DNA from: Vicugna vicugna
Lineage: Eukaryota
DNA: 64,000 bases
Reading direction: 5' to 3'
NCBI GenBank assembly: GCA_013265495.1
Contig: MU059972.1
Span: 885,915-949,914, forward strand
The notes under the pieces are model-generated. The model worked only from the letters and a program-made list of their open reading frames with translations. It searched no databases and had not been told where the DNA came from. Position 1 is the stretch's first letter, and each line of letters begins with the position of its first letter. Position numbers and translations under genes: made by a program. This document shows positions 43,301 to 55,300 of this stretch, one piece after another.

Positions 43301-46300
43301 CGCGGCACATGCTCTGGGAGGGACAGGACAGGGCGGCCTTCTCTCTGGAGTGGCACCCAGTAGGGGCACAATCAGCGTTCAGCAAGTTCAAGGTGCTGAA
43401 CAACTACTTGTTTTCAAAAGAGTTAAATACACAGTCCAAGCCTCTGACATTTCTTTTGTTCTCTGAAGTTCTCAAACTCACCCCAAGAACATTCCGATTA
43501 GACCCCGGGCTGGAGAGACTGGCGCGGCCCAGGGCGTCAGTCACCGCATGAAAGGTGTGTGCAGGCTGAGGGCCAGCAGGTCAGACCCTGCTGGGCCTCC
43601 CAACCAATCTGCCCCTACAGTGGCTGCCTCCGTGGTGGTCACCAGTGGGGCTGCACCCACCAAGGCCTGCGCAGGAAAGCCTCTGTGGTGCCCGCCCCCG
43701 CGCGCTGCGGAGGGGGAGCCCCCAGGCCCGAGGGTGCGAGCGGGGACTGGGCCCGGCAGCAGCTCGCAGCACAGCTCTGGGGACGAGGCTCTGCTCCGAG
43801 CCACGGTGGCACCCACCCCGCAACACCCCTGCTTTACAAGCCAGAGCACAGGGCCCCACAACAACCACACAGCTCAGCACCAAGGTACCTGCTGGCCTTG
43901 TGCCATATTGTTATCAATTAAAAATCACACACAAAGTAAAAAGGAAGTAAAAGCTTGTCATCTTGCTCTCCGGGGACAGCCGCCGTTTAGCACCTCCGCG
44001 TCTCCTTCCCGCCTTTTCTCACGTTCCTCGATGAACACATTGAGCACAGCTGGGCGCCCTCCAGGACTCGTGGGCCTCCCGACGGTGCAGCGCCCCACTG
44101 TCAGGGGCTACACCGTCCAGACATTGCTCTACTGCTAGCTGTTTCTAACTCTGTGTTTAAAAAACACAGAGATTAAAGCGACCCCTTATATATGTCTTTA
44201 TGGACTTATTTTTAAGGGCCAACTTTTAAGATGTGGAATCAGTGTGTGGAAGGAAGTGAGCATTTTACAGGTTCTTGCTACTGTCGAATTTTTTCCCTGA
44301 GAGTGAAGCCGACTGACACTCAGCACAGCACGGGGCTGGTTTCCGTCCCTCTAACAACTCTGGGTGTCGCGCAGGGTCTGAGGGGAAGCCGCGCTCCCGC
44401 CCCGCCTCCGTTTCCTGAAAGGCTTGTGGGCGATGCCGCTCTGGGGTAGGTATGTTCTGAGGGGCCGGGCTCTCCCGTTCCTGTCTTATCTCACGCAAGA
44501 GTCCCGTCTGTAGGCAAGACCCCAGAGAGTCACAATTGCCAGCGCCCCTCCCCCTCAGAGGCGTCTGGGCGCAGCCTGGCCGCCCGACCGCAGGGCAGCT
44601 CCAGCTGCTCGGCCGCCGGCTTGGGAGGAACAGCGTCCTGTGTTTACTCACCTCTTCTCTGACGGGTGTCGGCAAAAGATCACGGTTTTCTTTGTAAAAA
44701 ATCCTGTTGCTTGGGGGTAGGTTTTTAGTTACTCTAAGTTCTCCACCACCACCATCTACTTATGTTACATCACAACTCATAAAAATCAACGCCTACTGAC
44801 ATTTTCAGACCTATTCAATCAATCCACCAACTAGCAGGCTCCATGCCTACCATCTGTTAAGGGCCCCACACCAGGAGCAACACTCAACATTCACATACAT
44901 ACCCTAAGGACACACTAAGTGAGGCACAAAGTCCCTGACACTTCAGCCCTCAGCCCCGAGAGTCACGGCCCCTCCGCGCTAAGCGTGTCCTGCTGGAGGC
45001 GCTGTCCAGGTAGGAAGGAACCCTCCTGATGACTCCAGGTGTCCCAGCCAGCCACGCTGCTTTCACCTTTGCACTTCCTGAGCTGTTCTCGTTCTAAACA
45101 TGCAACAGGAAATGGAACACCTGGGTCACTAGCCTCTTCATGAGTCATCAGAACGGCCCAGTTCTGTTGACCTGCTGTCCTTCCAGCACAGCACTGAGAC
45201 CCCGCTGCCGCGGTGGTGGGCAGGACAGAGCCCTGGCCCCTGGCCCCATGACAGCCAGGGAACAAGCATCACTCGTGGCCAAAGAGAGGCGGCCACAGCA
45301 GGCCTCCACCACCTCTGACAGCCAAGGTTTCCTCACTCACTCTGGGTCTCACAATGAACTGGTGGTCTTAAGAGCACCAGGACGAGGCCAGGAGACGACT
45401 CCTCTGGGCTGGGGCCGCGGGCGGACCCAGAGCTCCCATCACCCCTCGGGAGGGCTGGCACCAGCCTGGCGGTGACCCTGGTCAACAAGGGACCCCATTC
45501 AGCAAGTCTGTGTTCCCCAAAACGCAGCCAGTTGGGCTCCTGATTTTAATGAGTACAAAGAAAACCAGTTCTGTTTCTGACTCTGTTTCTGCTGTGATTT
45601 ACTAGGACAAAGCACCCGTGCTTGCTGTGCAGTAAGGATGTAAAATTTCCTTTTAAGATGGATTTAAGGTTAAAAGGTGGAAACATTTTTAAAGTATATA
45701 AACGAATGGTACAAGTGGTCCTGATGTAGAAGACCACACGGGCGGTACAGGAAAAAAGTGGGGTTGGGGGGGTCACTGTGTGAAACAAGACGCTCCTGCA
45801 GACGCCCAGAGCTTGGTGTTAATGAGTTCGCTGAGCCCGGAAGGGCTCCCCCAGACGTGGGGCCCAAACCAGGAAGAAAAGGTTTCAAACTTGGAGGCAG
45901 AGTGCGACCCATCAGTTTTAGACGGCGGCTATTTGGGAAGGATGGCTGAGTGAACAGGCAACAGAGGTCACTGAACACCACTTGGGAACCCTGCTCCTAC
46001 ACTCCCGGGGAGGTGGGAAGAGGCAAGGTCGGGGCACTCCCAGGTCACTCAAAGGACCAGGCAGGAGCCCCATGCTGCCCACTGACCCCACGAAGGGCTC
46101 ACTCGCTGCCACTGTCCTCACCGCCCCCAGCTCAGCACCCTTGGGGGCAGCAGAAGGTGTCCTGCACCAACCGGTAAGTTGAACACGACCCAGCAGGAGG
46201 GGATCAGTGACAGAGAACACCTCTGGCCTCGGCGCCCACGGCCTGGGTCAGTGGGCTGGCGCCTGGCGGCCGCAGAGGACCAAAACTGTCCCTCTGCTGT

Positions 46301-49300
46301 CTCACCCGACTCAGGAGAGCCTAAAGGGACTTGGAGTACCCGGGAGACAGACAAGCCAGCAACCACACTGCGACGTAAAGCCGCAGGGGCGCCACGCTGT
46401 CCCCACAGGCCTCCCACTGAAGCCTGGTGCGCAGGCCGCCACCTCACAATGGGAGGCTGGAGAAGGGCGGAGGAAACCTGCGTGAGTGGGACAGCTGGGA
46501 GGGAGGGCCTCGGTCGGCCAGGAACGCTGGCATCAAAGCTGGCAGACAGATTTGGAATTTGCATAAGCCCTTGTGAACAGAAAGGGGAAAACCCCGATCA
46601 TCTCCGAGCAGAGCCTTGCAGCACACCAGTACAGAGCCTTATCTTCCTGACCCCTGTTCCTTTGTTCAAGGCCACAGGAGGCAGACTCCACGGAGCAAAG
46701 GTCAGCTGTGCTGGCCAGGCAGGCGCAGTCAGAGCAAACACGAGAAAGGGCCCTGGTCCCCGCACAGCACCAGGGCAGCGGCGTGAGGCAGCCACGGGGA
46801 GGGCGTCTGCAAACTCCGCCCTGAGCAGCTGCCCAGTTTGGGGTTAAAGATAAGAAGAGATAAAAAGGAGGAAGGTTCTCTCCTGAAACGGAAGGGTGAC
46901 ACGTCCCGCAGGGGGACAGGGAGCAGACCTGGCAGCATGGGGCTTCCCTCCGCCAGGCCCTCTCATGACTTCGCTGGGAGCGGACTTGCTTCTCCTTCCC
47001 ACTGCTGCATCAGGTTGCCCACAGGTCCCCACGCCCAGTGGCCCTGGGCAGCCTTCATGACCTGTCAGCTGTGAGCAGTCCCTTCCAGTCCCCTGCACAC
47101 CAGGGCTTCTCCCCAGGAGGCCACGAAGACCTGGGCGAGGGGCACCGGTGTGACAGACCTGTCCGTTTATTCCTTGGATTTGAAAACACATTTGCACTTT
47201 ATCACAAGTGGCTACAGCTTAAAGAAATGTCACTGCCAACAAAGCTGACATGTAAGTGCCACCTACTAAGACTTTAACTTCCGGGTGAAGAGAAGAAAAA
47301 GCCTCAAGTGGTGGGCGGGGCCATCCAGGCGCTGTTCCCCTGGGAGGGCCCGACACCCCGAGAACCACCGCGGCCTCAGCCTTCTGCACCCCACAGCCGA
47401 GACTGAGCTCCCACCGGCTCAGCAGAGCTCCCTGATCCAGGACGGCTTCTGTGAGGCCTACCGCACGGCACTACTTAGAGCTGAGCAGGAGGGAGACCAG
47501 TGTTATCCTCTCATCTTTGTCAAACAGGCAACTTCTGGACAATTCAGTGGGTAAAGAGTCAAGAAGCTCAAAAACAGGATACACCTTTCCTTGAAAACGC
47601 CCTGTGCACAGTGACTTTCACAGAGCTGGGCAAGCCATGGCCAGGACAGATCAGAACGAAGATGAAAAAGATAAGATGAGGTTTATTAAGTTCCTAGGGA
47701 GTGAGTTCTTCGCTAACGCATGAGTGAGTGTTTTAAAGCGGCACCTCACTGCTGGGGCTCCGACCTCGGTGACCACTGCCAGGAGCACTAAGTATGGGGG
47801 CAGAGCTCTGCTGCTGGGAGAGGAGGGGCCAGGCTCCGCAGCTGCCCAGGTGTGACTGTCCGACACACTTGGGGTCAGCGGAGGGGGCAACGCCACCATG
47901 GGGTCGAGATGGAGCCCAGCTCGTGGTGGTTAAATTCATGAAACCCCTGAATTCCACACAGAAGGTGTGCACATCACCGGATGGCACTGAAGGTGGTGGT
48001 GAGCCATTGCGGCTGGAGGTGAGGCCGAGGGAGGGGCAGCCGCACTCAAGGAAACGGGGAGGAAAAAGTCTCCAAAAGCAGAGGGAAACCTAACACACAT
48101 TTTTTGGCAAAGAGACAGCAGAGTCCCACAGACCCGCCAAAGCAGGCCTGAGTGACCATCACTCTCCTCTCCAGGGCAGCAGAAGGCCACGCAGCAACCA
48201 GCCCTCCGCGGACCATTGGGAACAGTGGCTCCTCCCTGCTGAGGGGCACACGGCCCTCTGAAGAGGGCCCCCAACCTGCCAAGATCCCAGCATGTCTCCA
48301 AAAGGAGACCCCAGGTTAGCACACTTGAGCAGGGCAACTTCCGTGGCCCTGGAAGTGACAGTTCCCCAGGCTCCACACCAACAGGCACCCTGAGACGCCG
48401 GGCAAAGGCCAGGCTTGGACGAGGGTGAGGAAATGGGAAGCAAGTGCTCCCTTAGGAGGGCCAGCTAATCTCCAAGGAGGTGAGAAGTCTGCTGGACCAG
48501 CCCCAAGAGGCACCGAACCTCACGCTACCTCTGAACGCTTAGTGAGCAGCTTTAAAGATAACAGGCAGCCTGGACAATTCCTGCAGAAAGGCCCCACTTA
48601 CTATTTATATCTGGAATGAGGCTCATTTGCCTGCGCTGAGGAACAGCCTGATCACTGCCCCAGCTCCACCCGGGAACGCACACCCACTGGCCTGGCTGTA
48701 CAGACAAGAGGGAATTCCCCCTATGACGCAGAAGCATTCCTCTACAGAACTGGCTGAAAGGTTCGACTCTAGCCTAAAAATAGCCCAGATCTAGGAGCAG
48801 GCAAAATGTCTCAAAAGGCGTAATTGCGAAAGGAAAACCTGGACCAGGGAGTGATGTAGTTCCTACAGAAGCACGGCACCTAGCCCTGAGGTGTAGGGAG
48901 GAGCTGACATTCCACCTACTACCGGCCCGAGCGCGCCCAGCGCGGCAGGTGAGAGCGCGAGGTGGGGGGCACCTGCTGTCCCACCTGCACCGCACAGCCA
49001 GCGCCACCATGCTGCCCGCCGCGCCTCCCTCACCCTCTCCCGGGGAAAAGGCGTGTTTCAGGAGCTCTTGCTAACTGCGGATGACGCGGGGGACCACCTG
49101 CACGCCCACTCCCAGCACGTCCGCTGGACCCTGCAAGTGCTGTTTCCGGCAGGGCGCTCATAGACCGATGGCAGACAGAGGTCTCCCCGGTGGCTCCTTC
49201 CGGACGCAGTTAAGCCCATCTCTTACTTCAGGTGAGCGTTCTCTCCGTCAGGCTGCTGATGAAAAAATCCCAACCCGTCAAAGGCTAAGTAAATAAACTC

Positions 49301-52300
49301 CACTATAAAAGGGCGACGGTATAAAGGGAGCACTGCGGGGACTGAGCCGCCTCCTGCAGAAATGGCCACACCAGCTCTGCTGGTCAGAGGGAAGGAGGCA
49401 GGAGGCCCTGCTGGAAGCTCTGCCCTGGCAAGCCCTGAATTCCAGCCAGGACAGCACATAGACTGCAAGACTCTCGAGACCAGCAAGACAGGCTGAACCC
49501 AGACTGAGGGACGAGAGCTCCTCTCTGCTGACGGCATGAGGTGCCGGGGATAGAGGCGCATAGGAGACAAACCAGGCCAGTGGCCGGCGGAGCAGACAGC
49601 CCGGTGTGGTGAGCAAAGCTGCACCCGATTTTAGGAAGAACGCAGGAAGTTGAGCTTCCGGAGCCCTGGCCTGCAAGTGCAGCCACATTCTCAGTGACTC
49701 TCCTTCACTTGAAGATCTGTGGTTGTGCAGACACAGTGATCTGCAGCTTAGGGGGCCGAGCCAAGACATGCCACGGCCTTGAAGAAAACCCTCCTTTGGA
49801 ATTTGTATGTACTTCCCTCTAGAGAGGCCAGGCAGCCCTGGAACTGTGAACACAGGCCTCCGTCCCATGAGACAGACTGGTGCCTGGCTTACGCTGGCGC
49901 AAGTCTGAGTTTTTGACTTTATGATGGTGGAAAAGTCACATGCATTAAGCAGAAGCCGTTTTTCGAATTTTGTCCTTTCCTGGGCAGTGAGCTATAGCGC
50001 CTGCCAGCCATGTGACCAGGAGGGCAAGCAACCAGTACGCTTAACAATCCTTCTGGACCCAGACAACCACTGTCTTGCACCTTCAGTACAGTATTCAGCA
50101 AATTGCACGAGAGGCTCCACACCTGATGATGCCCAGTACCTTAAGTGTATTAGATGCATTTTCCATGTACGATAGGTTTATTGGGACGTGATCCCTCGAA
50201 AGTTGGGGAGGATTTGCGGTGACACACAGAGACACAGCTAGCCTATCCTCCATCAGTCTCTAAAAACACACTTGTGGACAGAAGGGGGTCTGCAGCCAGA
50301 GTAAGCATGCTTATAAATCCCAAAACCACCGAAGTGGACGTGCTGATGTGACTCAGAAATCCACGCGTTTACCCGCAGGGACATTTAAGCTGTCACCTGT
50401 CCGACCAGGCATCTGGATACACATGGAAACAGAGCCAGTTCATGACTCTGGAAAGCAGAGCACCCATTTATGTCACCTGAGGTAAAAATGCAGGCTGCCA
50501 CTAAAGCCAAAACTCACTGACAGCATCTGTCAAATGCTCATGAACGCCCTCAGGGCGGGGGATTCGATTCTACAAGGGAAAAAGATGAGGACGGACAAGT
50601 GAACACCAGGGGGCTGGGGATGATGAGAGCTGTGACGAAGGAGTGTGGGAACCTCTCTGAGCAGCGAGACAGCCCTGGAGGCAGAGGGAATGGCAGAGCA
50701 AAGGCTGGGGCCCACACAGGGACACACAGCCCGTGAGCAGTGAGGAGGCGCAGTGAGGAGGCAGTGTGGCTGGCGGGTGTGAACAGAAAGGCACTGAGTC
50801 TCTTCCTCCTGGCAGTGCGCCCCCAGGACTGAGCCTAACTGGAGAGGAGGTGTATCTTAGGGGAAAGGGCTTCTATCAAAAAGGGGCTTCAAAGGGACCA
50901 GACCAGATCAAAATCCACTCAAATGAATGTATAATTTCAAGATAACTTAAAGAGTGACTACTATAAAATAAAAAGACTCATCGAAGTAATCTTTTAAAAA
51001 CTGAACTAAGAGTTTCACTTTGCCCAGTGCTAGGAAAAAATACAGCAACTTCAGCGAGGTCATTTCACTGCCATCCAGAGGACAGAGAGTCAACACTGGT
51101 GCTGACCACAAACTAAAACGGAAGCCTGCAGTCCTGACTTTCACTCTCAGAAACACAACGGCACACGGGACAGGAGCCTGTCCGACGAAAAGGACAATTA
51201 GGGATGAGAGCCTGGTTTCGTCAGAACTAACAAACGTGCCCAGCACAACGCAGGATACAAAGTCAGCATAGAGACCCGCTGTGTTTTTAGACACTAACAA
51301 CAAGTTATCTGAAAAAGAAAGAAAACAATCCTATTTATAACAAAAATAATCAATGGCTTAGGAATAAATTTCCAAAGTGGTGAAAGACCAGTACACTGAA
51401 AATTGTAAGACGCTGATGAAACTGAAGACACAGGAAAAGGAAAGACATTCCACGCTCATGACCTGGAAGAACTAATACTGCTATGGGAGTATCGTCCGCA
51501 CTACGCAGGCCCGCCGGCAGAGCCACCGCAGTGACGCGGTCCCTACCCTGATCCCAGAGGCGCCTCTCAGACACAGAGAGCGCAACCTCGAAGCCTGTGC
51601 AGAACCACGAGACCCCGCAGCAACAATCTGGCCTGCAAACGGGCGCGCGGCCTGTAAACTGTGTCTCAACAAAGTTGCAACACACACGCAACTTCCTCCA
51701 GTTCTACAATTTTCGAACGAGGACCCCCTGTCCCGGCCTAGTACTCAAATATGTTTGGGGCCGTCCTGACCGCGCGCCAGCCCGCGTCCGCGCCGGCAGA
51801 ACAGCGCGGTGCCAGGAGCCTCCTCCGGGGGCCGCAGCGCCGCGCAGCCCGGGGCGGACGGGAAGCGAGCCCCTACCTGGGCGGCTGCGGGGAGCGGGCC
51901 TTGGGCTTCTCCTTCTCCTTCTCGCGCTCCTTCTCCCGGTCGCGGTCGCGGTGCTGTCGGTCCTTCTCGTCCCGCTTGGCGCGCTCCCGCTCCCACTCCT
52001 CCTTCCTCCGCTGCCGCTCCTTGTCCCGCTCGCGCTCGCGCTCGCGCTCGCGCTCCCGCTGCCGCCGCTCCCGCTCCCGGTCTCGCTCCCGCTCGCGCTC
52101 CCGCTCGCGCTGCCGGTTCTCTCGCTCGCGCTCCCGTTCCCTTTCCTAGTTGAAAAGCCAAACATGGGCACACTTAGGACCGGAAGCGTGGAGAAAACGC
52201 AGAGGCGCCGGCGGAGGAGACCGGGACGGACCTGACGCCAACCCAGAGGGACTCCAGGCTGACCACGCCCAGGCCGCGTGCCCAGGCAGGCCTCCCTGGC

Positions 52301-55300
52301 CTGGCTCTTGTCGCGGGATGCACAGGACCGAGCCTCCACAAAGGCCGGTGGGGACCTGGGCACACCGGGGTGAGGGGGCACATGGCGGTAGGGACCCCCC
52401 CCACAGGTCCTGCTACCTTCAAGGCTGCCCTGACTGGGACCAGGCACCCAGAGCCCCGCAGCCCAGCCCCGCAGCCCTGCCCCGGCAAGAAGGCTGCTCC
52501 GCTGGGGAGGGGGGCATGGGAGGGTCAGCCAGGGGCCACCTCTGGCCATAAGCTCACCATGTGATTTGACGGGTGCCCCAGCCAGTCACCTCCCTTGGGT
52601 CCTGAAAACTCACGACTGTCACTTTATGCTTAGCACAAAACCCACTAGCCTGCTGCTGACTCATCTCTCCCCGGGGGCAGCTCCTCCCCATCACACTAAA
52701 AGCGTACCCTCAGGGACTCACAGGCTGAGGCACAGACCTGCCAGTCGCAGGACAGTCCTCCATTAGACCGCCAGGCCTGGCTGGCGGTGGCCAGGTTATG
52801 GCAGCGCATGAGGGCAGCTCCGCCCCGGAAAGGTGCTCCCGAGGGGCCTGGAAGAGCCACGCGCTCAAGGAGGGGCACAGGCCCCGCAAATGGTGTCAAA
52901 CAAGCCAATCGGCAGCTCCAGTGCAAAGACAGCTAGAGCACCGACCACTCTAAGGGCGGCTCCGCTCCCGTCACGACAAAGGCAAGCCGTGGATCAGAAC
53001 CAGCCCCCCTACACCGGTCCGTCTGGGCTTGAGATGGGTCCACGTGCCCACACAGGCCACAGACAAGAGAGGGTGGTCTCGCCGCCGCGCGGCCGCGTAC
53101 CCGGTAGCTGTGGTGCGGCTCGGCGTCCGAGTACTGCACCCGGAAGTTCTCGTACTGGCCGCTGCGCCAGAGCCGCTCTATCTCGTAGTCGTAGTAGGGG
53201 TCTGCGTACGGCTCCAGCCTGAAAGAGAGCAAGCAGAAGCCAGACTCGTCACTTAGGAACGTGGATGCAAAAGTACTACGTGAGTAATACTACGCCTTAA
53301 AAGTAACACAGCATGGCTCATTGGGATTTATCCCAGGACTGCCAGGCTGAGTCAAGAGCAGAAAATTCAGGAACACACTACATGCCAACACAGACCCACA
53401 GAGGCCAGTCACAGGACCGCATCCAGGGGTGATGTGATGAGAGCTCAATACCCCTTCACAATGAGAACAGGAATGGCACTTTCTTCACATGACAAAGAAC
53501 ATGGATGCACTTTAGGACTCAAGCTGGCACCTCACTTACTACGGACAGGGGAAGCGTCTCCAGTCAGGTCGCCCGGTGCCTCCTTCCAAGACAGCCCACC
53601 AGAGTGCTGCGGCACTGCCGCGACCAGACGGAGGAACCGCGAGACTGTCTCATTTTGCAGGTTAAATGATGCTACACGTGGAAAACCGAGACACCGCGGT
53701 AAAGCGAGTCAAATGGTGCGAAGAGCCCAGTACGGCAGAAAGAGAAAAATGAACACACAGCAACCAACACCCTCGTACACACAGACGATAACCGGTTAGG
53801 AGATGGCTGGTAGAGAAAACCTCACTTCCAGTAGAGAGAAAAAAAATACTCAGCAGAATACATTCAACCAGAAATGTGTAGAACCTATTTGAGGAAAATT
53901 TAACACTCCTGAAAGACACGAGAGCACGTGTGAATACACAAGACGGTGTCTTCGGACAGGACGACTGGAAGTCACCAAAGCCAGCTCTCCCTGTGCTAGT
54001 TCACAGACTTAGGGCCGCCAGTAAAACACTGTCTTCATGCAGCTAAGACAACCGATCCTCACATGAAACCCAAGACATGCAAGGCCAGCCAAGGAAACGC
54101 TGGGAGAGACACCTTCCGAGGTGTCATGACGTCAGGGGAGGCTGGTGGGCGCAGGGGGGCGGCCAGCAGGGAGTCTGGGGCAGGACCGCTGGGCAGCCCT
54201 GAGGAGGGCCGAGGGTGCATCTTCCCGCAGGGCCAGAAGCTGGCACACCCACCCAGACGGCCTGCACGGGGGAGCTCTGAGCCCAGCAGCGGACGACAGG
54301 GAAGTGCACTCCCTGCAACAGACGACTGGAGGTTCTTTCGAGCATTTCTGGCTCCAGACCAACCCTCACGCCGGGTGAACGGGTGGGGAAAGCAGAGGTG
54401 CCCTCCGTGTGCCATGGTGCGCGTGGCCTTCAGCTGGCTGCTTCCTGGGAAACCTCTCCTGTGCTGCCAGGGCCCAGTGGCGAGCCCAGCGCAGGCTCTG
54501 CCCAGGGACACAGCCCTTCATGCCCAACGGCCTGCACGCCCCGCAGACGGCACTCAGAGAGAACACGATCCCTAGGCAGATGTCCCCGTGCCCTTGAGAA
54601 CAGAACCAGTACCACTCACCGCCCAGAGCACCCAGAAAGCACTCTCCCCAGTGGCGGTGAGCCATGTGCTCTCTCAAGGAGGGGCGTGGGGGTGAAAGGC
54701 CTCTCTCTCTGGGTGTATCTCCATCTTGGGAGACAGCTAACGGGGATGGGCTGAAGCATTTCCCCCCGCCACTGCCCCCAGAACCGAGCCTGGCTTCCTG
54801 GCAGCCCGTGGGCCTGGGTCTCGGGAGCAGGTGAGAACCGCTGCCGTGAAAGGCAGGCGGGCAGCAAGCCACTCCTCAGAGGACAGACGGGAAGGGCACG
54901 TCCACACACAGTTAGCCCCGGGCACGCGGCCGCAGTCCGGCCCATTTACTGACAAGTGCTGCTCCTGACAGGGCCACCGCCAATGACAGACTCCTCGCAG
55001 GGGACACCCCAAGTGTCCCAGGACTCTCGTCTCCTAGGTGGAGACCCCTGGCAGCACCCAGAAGCACCTCGCAGAGGCCTTACAAGATCGACGAGTCTGA
55101 AATAAACGCCTGAGGTGGTGGAAAAGGGGAACCAGGCAGTGTCTGGCTATAAAAGCATTATTTTCACTAAGTGACCTTGTCAGGAATTCTGTTTAATTCG
55201 CCCAAGCCCCATTTCCCCAGCCTTCACAGTATCTCAGGACACCCCCTGCAGAGTTCCCGAACCAGTGCCCTTTCCCACGGCTCCCCCCGGCCTGCGCAGC

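Noticed and set aside
44149-44171. Perfect 10-bp hairpin ctctgtgttt-aaa-aaacacagag
   Set aside because: About one such stem is expected by chance; too short for a pre-miRNA, and no C/D or H/ACA architecture is evident.
51751-52149. Plus-strand ORF with an (RS)n tract resembling an SR protein
   Set aside because: It is the reverse complement of the ZC3H18 (GAGCGC)n RE-repeat; no RRM, weak ATG context, no independent gene structure.
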